Below the pieces are notes generated by a model. It was not told the origin of the DNA and did not search any database. It saw nothing but the letters and a program-made list of their open reading frames with translations. Shown here piece after piece: positions 1-9,397 of a stretch of 32,000 bases of DNA (within the stretch, counting starts at the first letter, position 1; the number at the start of each line of letters is the position of its first letter). This stretch comes from a bacterium (GTDB lineage Bacteria > UBP7 > UBA6624 > JBBIMK01): contig JBBIMK010000004.1 in assembly GCA_037444445.1 (NCBI GenBank), positions 60,001-92,000 on the forward strand, in the 5' to 3' direction. A program made the position numbers and the translations under genes.

Positions 1-2214
1 TGGATAAGTGACTCTCCTTTTTATGCGATTGTAAAAGAGGGTAATGGAATCCCCTGTGACCGACTCCACAACTCCATCGTCCTCCGCAAAGAGGAGGAAG
101 CCAGAATCTATGGCGCAGCGGGATTCCATCCCTGTGGCCACGATGGGGGTCTCTGGCTTGAGCAAAGGCACTGCCTGACGGAGCATATTAGAACCCATCA
201 ATGCCCGATTGGCATCATCATGTTCCAGAAAGGGAACCAGGCTGGCAGAAATCCCCATCAACTGCCCGGGAGAAGCATCTATATATTGTATTTCTTCGCG
301 TTTTAACCATATAAAACTTCCTTCATACCTGGCAGAAACCCACTCCGGGATGAGGCGATTTGCCGCATCCACCGGTGTGGTGGCCTCGGCGATGCGAGCC
401 TGGTCTTCTGTATCTGCGGTTAAGAACTCAATGACTCCAGTTAACCGTCCATTCTCCACTTTATAATAAGGGGTTTCAAGGAAGCCATGATGGTTAATGC
501 GGGCATAGGTAGCCAGGGAGGTAATCAAGCCAATGTTCGGGCCTTCCGGGGTTTCAATGGGGCAAATTTTGCCGTAGTGGGACTGGTGCACATCCCGAAC
601 TTCAAAGCCTGCACGGTCGCGGGTAAGCCCGCCGGGACCCATGGAGGAAAGGCGTCGCTTGTGAGTGAGTTCTGCCAGTGGATTGGTTTGGTCCAGGAAC
701 TGGGTGAGGCGACCGGTGTTGAAGAAATTCCGCAGAGGGGTCATCAAAACTTTATTATTCATCAGCATCTGGGGAGTGAGAATGGCTGTATCCTGGTTTT
801 GAAGTTTCTCGCGAACACTCCGCTCCATTTTCTGTAGACCCGTTCGTAGCGCCTCCAGAGCCAGTTCCCCTACACAGCGAACTCTTCGGTTAGAAAGGTG
901 GTCAATGTCATCCGGGGTTCCTCCCTTTTCCTGAATTTGAATCAGCCGGCGAAGGGATTCAATCACATCAATATCTGTGAGGCTGCGCTCGGAGGGAGGA
1001 ATAGATTTTGTCTGGAGTTTGTGGTTGATCTGGTAGCGTCCCACTTCGGAAAGGTCATAGGTTTTCGTGTTGAATAAGCGAGTCCGAAGGTATTCCTCTG
1101 CCACCTCGGGCGTGGGGTTGGATTCGTTCGGGCGAAGGGTCACATAGATAGCCCGAAGGGCGTCTTCCCGGCTCTTAAAGGGGTCTTTCTGATATGTAGT
1201 TTTAATCGCATCATAGAAGGGTAATTCTTTCACCGGAAGCCAATAATCAAACACAGGTTGGTGAGCAGAGAGGGTGAGGATTCTCGGTCTATTCTTGTCT
1301 TCTGGAATCTGGAGCGAGAGTTGGATGAGAGAGAGCCGACGGGCCTCCACCTGGGTGACTTGTTCGTAGGACTTCACGAGGATTTCCCCGGTTCCATCTT
1401 TCGTGCGGGAGTCAAAATCATACAGGGTGAAGGGGGGGCACCATCCCACGAGGTTTTGTGGGGTATTTTCTACCTGAAAGTGAACGGGGGCGTGCCGAAT
1501 GACCTGGGTGTCCAGGGAGAAGTTCCGGGCTGTCAGGAGAGTGGTAACAGCAATTCGGCGGGTTTTCCCGATGCGCGCGAAGATGTTTCCATTGATGTCA
1601 AAACCCATTTCCAGCCAGGTGCCTCGGTTCGGGACGATGCGAGCGGAGAAGAAACTCCGCCCACGAATGTCCTGCACATCCTTAAAGTATAGCCCGGGAG
1701 AGCGAATGAGTTGAGAAACCACCACACGCTCTGCACCGTTGATAATGAAGGTACCTCGCTCCGTAATGGCAGGAATTTCCCCTACATACATCCTTTGCTC
1801 AATGATGGCTCCTGTCTTCCGATTCAGCAAGCGTAAAATGACATATAAGGAATGGGAGAAGGTAAGACCCCGCTCCTTACACTGATCCCAGGTGTAGGAC
1901 GACTTCTCCAATTCGTAATCTAAAAACTGTAACTGAACCTCACTTTTCTCATCCTGGGGGATTGGAAACATCCGACGGAAGACTTCACCTATCCCTTCCT
2001 CACAGAATCGCCGGTAAGAGTCTTGTATATGCTGGGTGAGGTGACCGATGGCAAACCTGCGACGGATTTTGCTGTAAGATACCCTGGAAAGTAGTGGTTC
2101 TACGGAATCCTTTCCCGGGAGTGAAGTGGGTAGAGTGACCACCGGTGCTCGAGAAGTGGCTTTTTTGGGGTGTACTGTCGTAGTGGAGGACCTATTGAAT
2201 TTCGGCTTTCGCAC
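1..2214 (-). CDS. rpoB: DNA-directed RNA polymerase subunit beta, N-terminal ~738 codons (3' end runs off the window start)
   Basis: My translation of the minus strand is open from 2214 to base 1. It contains classic RpoB blocks ([63 protein letters not shown]). It is absent from the ORF track only because it has no in-window stop. It lies directly downstream of rplL, as in the canonical operon. Start chosen at GTG 2212-2214, preceded by GGAGGA plus 5 nt; the alternative is GTG at 2142. Confidence 0.95.
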   Translation of the reverse strand, partial: MRKPKFNRSSTTTVHPKKATSRAPVVTLPTSLPGKDSVEPLLSRVSYSKIRRRFAIGHLTQHIQDSYRRFCEEGIGEVFRRMFPIPQDEKSEVQLQFLDYELEKSSYTWDQCKERGLTFSHSLYVILRLLNRKTGAIIEQRMYVGEIPAITERGTFIINGAERVVVSQLIRSPGLYFKDVQDIRGRSFFSARIVPNRGTWLEMGFDINGNIFARIGKTRRIAVTTLLTARNFSLDTQVIRHAPVHFQVENTPQNLVGWCPPFTLYDFDSRTKDGTGEILVKSYEQVTQVEARRLSLIQLSLQIPEDKNRPRILTLSAHQPVFDYWLPVKELPFYDAIKTTYQKDPFKSREDALRAIYVTLRPNESNPTPEVAEEYLRTRLFNTKTYDLSEVGRYQINHKLQTKSIPPSERSLTDIDVIESLRRLIQIQEKGGTPDDIDHLSNRRVRCVGELALEALRTGLQKMERSVREKLQNQDTAILTPQMLMNNKVLMTPLRNFFNTGRLTQFLDQTNPLAELTHKRRLSSMGPGGLTRDRAGFEVRDVHQSHYGKICPIETPEGPNIGLITSLATYARINHHGFLETPYYKVENGRLTGVIEFLTADTEDQARIAEATTPVDAANRLIPEWVSARYEGSFIWLKREEIQYIDASPGQLMGISASLVPFLEHDDANRALMGSNMLRQAVPLLKPETPIVATGMESRCAIDSGFLLFAEDDGVVESVTGDSITLFYNRIKRRVTYP

Positions 2215-2572
2215 CTAAATCCTCCAGTTGCTTTTTGATTTGCTCGGCTTCGTCACGACTCACACCTTCTTTGATGGGCTTCGGTGCCGCATCCACGAGT
2301 TCTTTGGATTCTTTGAGCCCCAGACCCGTGAGAGACTTGACGAGTTTGACGACCTGGACCTTCTGGTCTCCGGTGTCCGTCAGAATAACATTGAAGGTGG
2401 TCTTCTCCTCGGCAGCAGGAGCTCCCCCTGCTGGAGCCGCACCAGCCGGTATAGCACCCGTAGCCACCGGCAGTGCGGTTATTCCAAATCGCTCCTTGAG
2501 CGCATTCACCAATTCCACCAGTTCACTGACCTTCAAATTCTCAATCGCAGTAAGTAGTTCCTGCGTTGTCAT
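2192..2572 (-). CDS. rplL: 50S ribosomal protein L7/L12
   Basis: 126 aa with an Ala/Pro-rich hinge ([18 protein letters not shown]) and the C-terminal domain [19 protein letters not shown]...[21 protein letters not shown] overlap with rplJ. Confidence 0.97.
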   Translation of the reverse strand: MTTQELLTAIENLKVSELVELVNALKERFGITALPVATGAIPAGAAPAGGAPAAEEKTTFNVILTDTGDQKVQVVKLVKSLTGLGLKESKELVDAAPKPIKEGVSRDEAEQIKKQLEDLGAKAEIQ

Positions 2573-3117
2573 TCTTGATAACCTCCTTCTTGTTTTTTCT
2601 TTCTTTGAATGAGGGCTTCTAAGGTAATTACCAGGGTTGTAATCGGAGACAGCAGGCTTATGTATGCCGTTTGCAGGGGCATGAGCAGGGTTTCGTAACA
2701 GAAGGCTACAATGGCATGTCGGGATTCAAACCGGGTGAGGCTTTTGAGTTCCTCGGTGGGCATCCAGGTATTTTCCAGAATGGCACCTTTCACGACAGGT
2801 ATTCCTTCGTTGTCCTGTATAAATGACATCAGGGGTTTTAACAATTTCAAGGGGTCGTCAAAGGAAAAAAGAGCGGCAGTTGGACCCTGGGTAAGGTTTT
2901 GAAGGGAGAGTTGAGGATGGGTTCTGGAAAGGGCTTTCCTTAGCAGGGTATTTTTGAGGACGCGATATTGCCCGCCCCCTGCCCGAGCAATGCCCCGAAG
3001 GCGCCACTCTGGCATAGCCTTGAACCCGGTGTGGTTCACAAAGATCACGGATGTGGCCCCGGAAAGGGACGCTTCTATTTCTTCTACAAGTTTCTGCTTC
3101 CCTGAAGTTGCAGGCAT
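2569..3117 (-). CDS. rplJ: 50S ribosomal protein L10
   Basis: 182 aa at the position between rplA and rplL. N-terminal [25 protein letters not shown] is typical of L10. Confidence 0.93.
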   Translation of the reverse strand: MPATSGKQKLVEEIEASLSGATSVIFVNHTGFKAMPEWRLRGIARAGGGQYRVLKNTLLRKALSRTHPQLSLQNLTQGPTAALFSFDDPLKLLKPLMSFIQDNEGIPVVKGAILENTWMPTEELKSLTRFESRHAIVAFCYETLLMPLQTAYISLLSPITTLVITLEALIQRKKKQEGGYQE

Positions 3118-3126
3118 TCAGACCAC

Positions 3127-3816
3127 CTATACCTTCGCCAGATTGAGTTTAATGCTGGGACCCATCGTGGTGCAGAGGTGGGCAGACAAAAGGAAGACAC
3201 CCCTGGCGGATGGGGGCTTGAGACGCTGAATCGTCTGGAGTGCGGAGCGGATGTTGTCTTCCAATTGAGTGGATGAAAAGTGCACTTTCCCGACGGGGAG
3301 GTGCAGGATACCATAGGTATCGTTCTTAAAGGAGAGTTTGCCTGCTTTGAATTGCCGGACGAGGGGGGCTACGGTGGGGGAGACGGTGCCTGTTTTGGGG
3401 GAGGGCATCAAGCCCCGGGGGCCCAGAATTTTTCCCAGGCGCGCCACCTCTTTCATCATATCCGGGGTGGCAATCAGGACGTGAAAATCGGTCCAGCCTT
3501 CTGCGATTCGGTCAATCAAATCTTTATCACCCACGAAATCGGCTCCGGCCTCTCGTGCTTCCATCGCCTGTTCTCCTTTTGCCAGCACGGCAACCCTGCG
3601 CTCTTTTCCGATGCCGTGGGGCAGGGACAGGGTGCCCCGAACTGCCTGTTCGGCTTTCTTCGGGTCGATCCCCAACCGGACGGACAGTTCTACAGTTTCA
3701 TCAAACTTAGCGGAGGCGCCTTTTTTCAAAATTTCTACCGCTTCCGACAGTTCATACGACCTGCCCGGCTCCAGAAGGGATAACAGGGCTTTATACCGTT
3801 TGCTTCGGACAGGCAT
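3127..3816 (-). CDS. rplA: 50S ribosomal protein L1
   Basis: The track ORF 3127..3894 is trimmed to the internal ATG at 3814-3816 (MPVRSKRYKALL...), which sits 1 nt after the rplK stop. L1 motifs are present (FDETVELSVRLGIDPKK, RVAVLAKGE, LGPRGLMPSPKTGTV). Confidence 0.95.
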   Translation of the reverse strand: MPVRSKRYKALLSLLEPGRSYELSEAVEILKKGASAKFDETVELSVRLGIDPKKAEQAVRGTLSLPHGIGKERRVAVLAKGEQAMEAREAGADFVGDKDLIDRIAEGWTDFHVLIATPDMMKEVARLGKILGPRGLMPSPKTGTVSPTVAPLVRQFKAGKLSFKNDTYGILHLPVGKVHFSSTQLEDNIRSALQTIQRLKPPSARGVFLLSAHLCTTMGPSIKLNLAKV

Positions 3817-3817
3817 G

Positions 3818-4246
3818 CTATTCTTCCACCTCCACACCCATGCTCCGGGCGGTGCCAGCCACGATTCGCACAGCGGAAGAGAGGCTGCGGGCATTCATCT
3901 CCTCCCGTTTCATTCGGGCTATCTCCTCTATGTGGGCTCTGGAAAGTTTCCCGACGATGGAACGCTTCGGGTCCCCACTCCCCTTTTCTATGGCAAGCGC
4001 TCGCTTAATCAGTTGCGAGACGGGGGGATTCTTTAACACAAAGGAATAAGTGCGGTCCACATACACCGTAATGACCACGGGGATGAGGTAGCCGGTTTTA
4101 TCTTTCGTTTTCTCGTTGAATTCCTTGCAAAACGCCATAATGTTGAGACCGTGTTGAGAGAGGGTGGGGCCCACCGGTGGGGCGGGATTGGCTTGCCCCG
4201 CCGGTATTTGTAATTTCACGACGGCTTTGACTTGCTTCTTTGCCAT
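3818..4246 (-). CDS. rplK: 50S ribosomal protein L11
   Basis: 142 aa. MAKKQVKAVVKLQIPAGQANPAPPVGPTLSQHGLNIMAFCKEFN is canonical L11. Confidence 0.97.
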   Translation of the reverse strand: MAKKQVKAVVKLQIPAGQANPAPPVGPTLSQHGLNIMAFCKEFNEKTKDKTGYLIPVVITVYVDRTYSFVLKNPPVSQLIKRALAIEKGSGDPKRSIVGKLSRAHIEEIARMKREEMNARSLSSAVRIVAGTARSMGVEVEE

Positions 4247-4249
4247 GGG

Positions 4250-4786
4250 TTATACCTTCCGCACCTGGTCAATCTCTAACTCAACGGGAGTATCTCGCCC
4301 GAACAGGGATATGAGTATCCGCACTTTCCCCCGGGAAGGGTCTACCTCCTGGAGTGTGCCTGAGAAGTCCATAAAGGGGCCGGAAAGAATTCGGACGGTG
4401 TCACCTTTCTGGAGGAGGAGGTCGGTATGTGGGATGGGGATGCCTGCAATCTGCTGGACCTCGCTCGCCTCCTCGTCGCTTAAGGGATGGGGTTCCTCCC
4501 ACCCGCCAATTAATCCTAAAACACCGGGGATTCCTCTTAACACGCGAGATAACCCCTTCTTCGCCTCTTGAGTGTATTCCATTTCAATGAAGATATACCT
4601 GGGATAAACCCGGCGCTTGAACCTGTGCTTCTTGCCCCCCCGCTCTTCTTCAACCTCTTGCTCTGGTATGATGATGCTGCCAATATGGTCCATCAGTCCA
4701 CTGACTTCTGCTTCACGCAGAATCGCTCTCTTCACTCGTTCTTCTTGCCCACTCTGGGTGTGGAGGATGAACCACTCTTTCGCCAT
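4250..4786 (-). CDS. nusG: Transcription termination/antitermination factor NusG
   Basis: The track ORF 4250..4891 is trimmed to ATG 4784-4786 (MAKEWFILHTQSGQEERV...), which overlaps the secE stop by 1 nt. It has an NGN domain plus a KOW motif (GDTVRILSGPFMDFSGTLQEVD). About 178 aa, a typical length. Confidence 0.93.
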   Translation of the reverse strand: MAKEWFILHTQSGQEERVKRAILREAEVSGLMDHIGSIIIPEQEVEEERGGKKHRFKRRVYPRYIFIEMEYTQEAKKGLSRVLRGIPGVLGLIGGWEEPHPLSDEEASEVQQIAGIPIPHTDLLLQKGDTVRILSGPFMDFSGTLQEVDPSRGKVRILISLFGRDTPVELEIDQVRKV

Positions 4787-5043
4787 CAGGTGAATAACCT
4801 CTGAATGAGAATGTAGGCGAGAAAATCTGCGAGGGATAGGATGAGAAGGCTGATGAATATAACTCGGAGAACGGCGAGGGAGGCTTGCCATGCGGAAACA
4901 GGGGTAGGCCAGGTGACTTTCTGAGCCTCCTGAACGAGGTCAATGAGGTATCGCTTGAGGCGATACCCGAGGGTGGTGTGCAATGAGGTGGAAGAGGGTG
5001 AAATGGGAGCGGGGGTTGACCTGCCGGGCATAGGCTTATTCAC
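4786..5043 (-). CDS. secE: Preprotein translocase subunit SecE
   Basis: 85 aa with VQEAQKVTWPT followed by one TM helix, at the position between rpmG and nusG. The start is uncertain: GTG at 5043 or ATG at 5031. Confidence 0.85.
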   Translation of the reverse strand: MNKPMPGRSTPAPISPSSTSLHTTLGYRLKRYLIDLVQEAQKVTWPTPVSAWQASLAVLRVIFISLLILSLADFLAYILIQRLFT

Positions 5044-5055
5044 CTTTATGAGGGG

Positions 5056-5220
5056 TTATTTCATCTCCCTGTGAAGGGTGTGCTTTCTGCAGTGGGGGCA
5101 AAATTTCTTGAGTTCCAGCCTTTCCTTCTCTAAGATGTGGGATTTGGTGGTAATGTAATTCCTCCTTTTGCACTCACTACAAAATAGAAGTATGCCTGAT
5201 TTCTTCGCTTTCTTGGCCAT
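5056..5220 (-). CDS. rpmG: 50S ribosomal protein L33
   Basis: Not in the ORF track because it is under 60 aa. My translation is [54 protein letters not shown] (54 aa), with the CxxC...CxxC zinc ribbon typical of L33. It lies between tuf and secE. Confidence 0.9.
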   Translation of the reverse strand: MAKKAKKSGILLFCSECKRRNYITTKSHILEKERLELKKFCPHCRKHTLHREMK

Positions 5221-5235
5221 AGGGGAATGCAGGGG

Positions 5236-6471
5236 TTATGAAATAGCGGAGGTTACCACGCCTGCGCCCACGGTTTTTCCACCTTCGCGAACGGCGAAGC
5301 GAACACCTGCGTCCATAGCCACCGGGTAAATCAATTCCACCTCCATTAACACATGGTCACCCGGGTTGGCAAATTGCACCTCTTGCTTCGTGTCGGGGTC
5401 CATCAGGCGGAGGATACCCCCGGTCACATCAGCGGTTCTGACGAAGAACTGGGGCCGGTAGCCTGGGACGAAAGGCGTGTGGCGACCACCCTCTTCCTTC
5501 GTCAGGACATAGGTATCTGCGACAAATTTTTTGAACGGCTTCACCGAGCCGGGCTTGGCCAGCACCTGACCCCGCTCCACCTCTTCTTTTGCGATTCCTC
5601 GGAGGAGAACGCCCACATTATCTCCTGCCCGGGCATCATCGAGGATTTTTCGGAACATCTCCAGGCTGGTGGCTACGGTAGTGCGGATTTCACCGGACAG
5701 ACCGACGATGTCCACCTCCTCACCTGGCTTGAGGATGCCCTTTTCCACACGGCCCGTGACCACAGTTCCTCGTCCTGTGATGGTAAAGATGTCCTCAATG
5801 GGCATAAGAAAGGGCTTATCCACATCTCGGGTGGGGGAGGGTATGTAACGGTCCATCGCATCAATTAATTCCCACACAGGCCCGCACCAGGGGCATTCTC
5901 TCTTTCCACAGGCACACTCCATGGACTTCAAGGCGGAGCCCTGAATAATCGGGCAGTCTGGGTCGAACTGATACTTTTTCAACAGTCCGCGCACATCTTC
6001 TTCAATCAAGGCCACCATGTCCTTCCAGCCTTCTCCCTCGGATTGCTGGAGAATGTCGGTCTTATTGATGAAAACGAGGATAGCGGGGACATTCACCTGG
6101 CGAGCCAGGAGGATATGCTCCCGGGTCTGGGGCATCGGGCCATCGTCCGCTGCCACTACGAGGACGGACCCATCCATCTGGGCTGCGCCAGTAATCATAT
6201 TTTTGATGTAGTCCACATGCCCCGGGCAATCAATGTGAGCATAATGACGCTGGGGAGATTCATATTCCGCATGGTGGACGTTGATGGTGACGCCTCGCGC
6301 TTTCTCTTCGGGTGCGTTATCAATCTCCTCGTAGGATTTCGCCACCGCCAGATTCGCCTTCGCCAGAACCTTGGTGATGGCGGAGGTCAAAGTCGTCTTG
6401 CCATGGTCTACATGACCGATGGTGCCGATGTTCACATGTTCCTTACGCCGCTCAAATTTTTCTTTTGCCAT
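5236..6471 (-). CDS. tuf: Elongation factor Tu
   Basis: 411 aa with [15 protein letters not shown] and NK.D G-motifs. An AGGAGG SD lies upstream (complement of 6481-6486). Confidence 0.98.
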   Translation of the reverse strand: MAKEKFERRKEHVNIGTIGHVDHGKTTLTSAITKVLAKANLAVAKSYEEIDNAPEEKARGVTINVHHAEYESPQRHYAHIDCPGHVDYIKNMITGAAQMDGSVLVVAADDGPMPQTREHILLARQVNVPAILVFINKTDILQQSEGEGWKDMVALIEEDVRGLLKKYQFDPDCPIIQGSALKSMECACGKRECPWCGPVWELIDAMDRYIPSPTRDVDKPFLMPIEDIFTITGRGTVVTGRVEKGILKPGEEVDIVGLSGEIRTTVATSLEMFRKILDDARAGDNVGVLLRGIAKEEVERGQVLAKPGSVKPFKKFVADTYVLTKEEGGRHTPFVPGYRPQFFVRTADVTGGILRLMDPDTKQEVQFANPGDHVLMEVELIYPVAMDAGVRFAVREGGKTVGAGVVTSAIS

Positions 6472-6514
6472 TTCTTCTACCTCCTGCCTTTATTTTCTTT
6501 TATCCTGACCCGAG

Positions 6515-6587
6515 AGCCCATGATCGGGATTGAACCGATGACCTCTTCCTTACCAAGGAAGCGCTCTGCCGGCTGAGCTACATGGGC
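6515..6587 (-). tRNA. tRNA-Thr (anticodon GGU)
   Basis: Hand-folded cloverleaf on the minus strand: acceptor GCCCATG/CATGGGC, D arm GCTC..GAGC, anticodon arm CTTCC-TTGGTAA-GGAAG, T arm ATCGG-TTCAATC-CCGAT. 73 nt, with no encoded CCA. Confidence 0.9.
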
Positions 6588-6619
6588 TATCCGGCTCTGA
6601 TTGCGTTCCCACCCTGGCG

Positions 6620-6692
6620 AGCGGGAGACGGGACTCGAACCCGCGACCCTCAGCTTGGAAGGCTGATGCTCTTCCACCTGAGCTACTCCCGC
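6620..6692 (-). tRNA. tRNA-Gly (anticodon UCC)
   Basis: Acceptor GCGGGAG/CTCCCGC, anticodon arm TCAGC-CTTCCAA-GCTGA, T arm GCGGG-TTCGAGT-CCCGT. 73 nt, with no encoded CCA. Confidence 0.9.
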
Positions 6693-6702
6693 AGAAGCAT
6701 CC

Positions 6703-6785
6703 TGGAGGGGGCAGGATTTGAACCTGCGAAGCCTTCCGGCAATGGGTTTACAGCCCATCCCCTTTGGCCACTCGGGCACCCCTCC
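6703..6785 (-). tRNA. tRNA-Tyr (anticodon GUA), type II with long variable arm
   Basis: GGAGGGG acceptor, anticodon arm ATGGG-CTGTAAA-CCCAT, 14-nt variable arm, T arm GCAGG-TTCAAAT-CCTGC. It closely parallels the E. coli tRNA-Tyr layout. The order Tyr-Gly-Thr-tuf mirrors the E. coli tyrU-glyT-thrT-tufB arrangement. Confidence 0.9.
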
Positions 6786-6834
6786 TCCGCCACAGGCGAG
6801 ATATTTGCCCATCTGCTCAAATCCAAAATTATAA

Positions 6835-6864
6835 AGTATAATAGACCTATACCCATTCTGTCAA
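6835..6864 (-). promoter_or_regulatory. Putative sigma70-type promoter for the tRNA-tuf operon
   Basis: On the minus strand there is a consensus -35 TTGACA (6864-6859), an 18-nt spacer, and -10 TATACT (6840-6835). It lies about 50 nt upstream of the tRNA-Tyr 5' end. Confidence 0.4.
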
Positions 6865-6884
6865 GTATCTTACAATTATTAGTG

Positions 6885-7571
6885 ATGAAACCCGGATGCC
6901 TCTTCATCCTCGCCACCCCGATTGGAAACCTTCAGGACCTATCACCCAGAGCCCTAAAGGTGCTTAAAGAAAAAAACCTATTCTGCATTGAAAATACGCA
7001 CTCCCTTAAAAAAATTCTTACCTCCTTTTCCCTATCTTCGCCTCAGCATATTATATCTTACTATGGTGAGAAAGAAAAATCAAGAGTGGGGAAAATACTC
7101 CATTGGCTCAGGGAGGGTAAGGATGTAGTCCTGGCGACTGAGAGTGGGACGCCAGGGGTATCTGACCCGGGGATGTATCTCGTCCGTGCGGCACTAAAGG
7201 AGGGAATACCGGTGGTTCCCGTGCCGGGTCCATCTGCCCTGTCCACCGCTCTTTCAGTGAGCGGCTTCCCTTCCACTCCTTCCATTTTTCTGGGCTTCTT
7301 GCCCGCCCGAAGAGGGAAACGGAGAAAACTTCTGAAAGCCTGCGGCAATTTAAAGGCTACCCTCGTGATATTCGTCCCCCCGCATGATGCTATCTCTCTC
7401 CTGCAAGAACTGCTGGAGATTCTGGGCAACCGTGAGGCCACTCTCTGCCGGGAAATGACCAAAATGTTTGAGGAAATTAAACTCTCCACTCTCTCTGAAT
7501 TTCTCCAGGATTTTCAATCCCGGAAGGAAATTCGGGGTGAGATCACCCTCGTCATCAGCGGAAAGAAATAA
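6885..7571 (+). CDS. rsmI: 16S rRNA (cytidine1402-2'-O)-methyltransferase RsmI
   Basis: The track ORF 6582..7571 is trimmed to ATG 6885, because its upstream part is the antisense of three tRNAs. Motifs seen: LFILATPIGNLQDLSPRALKVLKE, ESGTPGVSDPG, and VPGPSA of the tetrapyrrole-methylase-fold RsmI family. Confidence 0.85.
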   Translation: MKPGCLFILATPIGNLQDLSPRALKVLKEKNLFCIENTHSLKKILTSFSLSSPQHIISYYGEKEKSRVGKILHWLREGKDVVLATESGTPGVSDPGMYLVRAALKEGIPVVPVPGPSALSTALSVSGFPSTPSIFLGFLPARRGKRRKLLKACGNLKATLVIFVPPHDAISLLQELLEILGNREATLCREMTKMFEEIKLSTLSEFLQDFQSRKEIRGEITLVISGKK

Positions 7572-7639
7572 AATTTTCATCTTCTCTGCCCATTTTTTCC
7601 CCATTAAACGGCGCGAAACCTCCATCTATTAGTCAGACA

Positions 7640-9262
7640 CTACTCACCCACAGAACTGCACAGAGTTTTCACGGTAGCCTGCGTTGTGGTGCTGGTGACT
7701 TTCATCTCTTGAATAGTTGTGTTCGTAGCGAAAGATGCCTTCATAGATGTGGTAGAACTTACGCTCTTCAGTGAAGCATCCTCCATTATGGCGGAAGTAT
7801 CCTGACTGAAGTCGGGTGGGCAATCAGATGAAATAAGACCATTGGTATCCAACTTCAAAATCCAGAGGTCTGAGCAGGGATACCCATCACAGTTTCCCCC
7901 TGCACCGAAAGTAGTGGTAGAGCCTACCACAATGTAACCGCCATCTTTCGTGTGCTGAACCGAGCGGGCGACATCCTGCCCAGACCCACCGTAAGCCTTC
8001 TGCCACTGTATATTACCAGAAGAATCCAATTTCAGAACCCAAGCATCAGCATATCTTCCACCCAGAGAATTCGTTTCACCAGCCACTATATAGCCACCAT
8101 CAGCCGTCAGGTCAATGGAATACGGATAACTCACACCTTCGTCCGAGTAGATTTTCTGCCACTTCATATGGCCATGAGAATTCAATTTTAGAATCCACAA
8201 ATCATTACCAGTTTCCTGAGAAAGGCTGGTAGCACCTGCCACGATGTATCCTCCATCGGGGGTCTGATGGATGGCATTTGCACTTGTAGGTGATAGGCCA
8301 CCATATGCCCTTATCCAGACCACTTGCCCTTTAGCATCTACCTTCAGAAGCATAGCATTTTCCACCCCGTAGATATTCCAAATACCCTCTACTTTTTGAA
8401 TAAATTTCCCTCCCAGGATATATCCACCACCGGTGGTTTGCAGGATACAACAGGGAAAAGCAAAATAAGGACTGTCAGAAGTTTTTTGCCACTCCATATT
8501 TCCCCTGGAATCCAGTTTCAAAATCCAAATTTTACTGCGAGTTTCACAGTTCACACATGCAGTGATGATATATCCGCCATCTTTCGTTTGTAAGATATAA
8601 GATGGCTCTTCCTTTGCTGCGGTGCCGTAAGTCTTTTGCCAGAGTATATCTCCGTCAGCGCTCAGTTTCAGGACCCAGAGGTCGACAGTATCAGCACCAC
8701 GAAGAGAGGTGTATCCTGCCACAATATATCCGCCGTCGGTGGTTTGCCGGATAGATTTTGCCACATCCGTAGAGATACGATGATAGGCCTTTTGCCATTT
8801 TACATTTCCCACAGAGTCTAAGTTCAGAATCCAGAAATCATTTTTGTGGCCATAGACGGTAGTAGAACCCACGACGACGAATCCCCCCTCCCTTGTCTGC
8901 TGAACAGCGTATGCGTAATCACTGGAGGGACCGCCGTAAGTTTTTGCCCAGGTACTTATCACAGAGGTTCTCGTAAAAGTGGCTCTGCAAGATGTATTGG
9001 CATTCATCGTTATTCTGCCATCCGCACAGTCCGGGTCCCCGGACCATCCATCAAAATGCCAGAGTGGGGCAGGTAGAGCCACAAGGCTGACAATTGCCCC
9101 GTGGTAAAAGAATCCTGAGCACTCCGTTCCGCAGTGAATTCCTGCTGGTTCACTTTTCACCATTCCATTCCCTTTTTTTATCACCGTCAATTGATACTGG
9201 GGAGGTTCTTCTATTCCGCCGAAAGTGAACACACTCATTGCAAAAATGCATATTTCAGCCAT
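7640..9262 (-). CDS. Probably secreted repeat protein: divergent InlB-B-repeat-like N-domain plus seven ~50-aa propeller-like repeats
   Basis: The N-domain is YQLTVIKKGNGMVKSEPAGIHCGTEC...FDGWSGD..C....RATF. It is followed by seven repeats of the pattern W.K.YGG...D.A.S..QT.DGGYIVAG.T......D.W(V/I)LKLD..G...W. The true start may lie upstream at a non-canonical codon (see findings). Confidence 0.75.
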   Translation of the reverse strand: MAEICIFAMSVFTFGGIEEPPQYQLTVIKKGNGMVKSEPAGIHCGTECSGFFYHGAIVSLVALPAPLWHFDGWSGDPDCADGRITMNANTSCRATFTRTSVISTWAKTYGGPSSDYAYAVQQTREGGFVVVGSTTVYGHKNDFWILNLDSVGNVKWQKAYHRISTDVAKSIRQTTDGGYIVAGYTSLRGADTVDLWVLKLSADGDILWQKTYGTAAKEEPSYILQTKDGGYIITACVNCETRSKIWILKLDSRGNMEWQKTSDSPYFAFPCCILQTTGGGYILGGKFIQKVEGIWNIYGVENAMLLKVDAKGQVVWIRAYGGLSPTSANAIHQTPDGGYIVAGATSLSQETGNDLWILKLNSHGHMKWQKIYSDEGVSYPYSIDLTADGGYIVAGETNSLGGRYADAWVLKLDSSGNIQWQKAYGGSGQDVARSVQHTKDGGYIVVGSTTTFGAGGNCDGYPCSDLWILKLDTNGLISSDCPPDFSQDTSAIMEDASLKSVSSTTSMKASFATNTTIQEMKVTSTTTQATVKTLCSSVGE

Positions 9263-9397
9263 CCGGAATATCCACGCACCGTAAAGATATAACCCCGGGG
9301 ATTTATGCCTCCAGATTATCAGGATTGCGTTCCCTCCTCTCCCGATAGTTTGCGTTTCTTAACTTTGCGCCTTTCTTTTGTCCTCCACCATTTTAAC

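Noticed and set aside
209-1736. Plus- and minus-strand ORFs of 67-144 aa (209..466, 487..837, 1258..1692, 1499..1714, 1533..1736)
   Set aside because: All lie inside the unambiguous rpoB reading frame, either on the opposite strand or out of frame. Their compositions are Gly/Arg-rich with no family resemblance.
6491-6506. TTCTTTTATCC string identical to part of element M, found between tuf and tRNA-Thr
   Set aside because: It is only an 11-nt match on the non-transcribed strand, with none of the flanking hairpins, and is most likely coincidence.
6477-6884. Track ORFs 6477..6812 (-), 6043..6576 (+) and the first 101 codons of 6582..7571 (+)
   Set aside because: They run through or antisense to three well-folded tRNA genes and the tuf 5' end. 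The real rsmI starts at 6885.
7825-8965. Periodic ~150-nt repetition that could be mistaken for a repeat array or CRISPR
   Set aside because: The periodicity is at the protein level (seven divergent propeller-like blades in one ORF). There are no identical short direct repeats with unique spacers.
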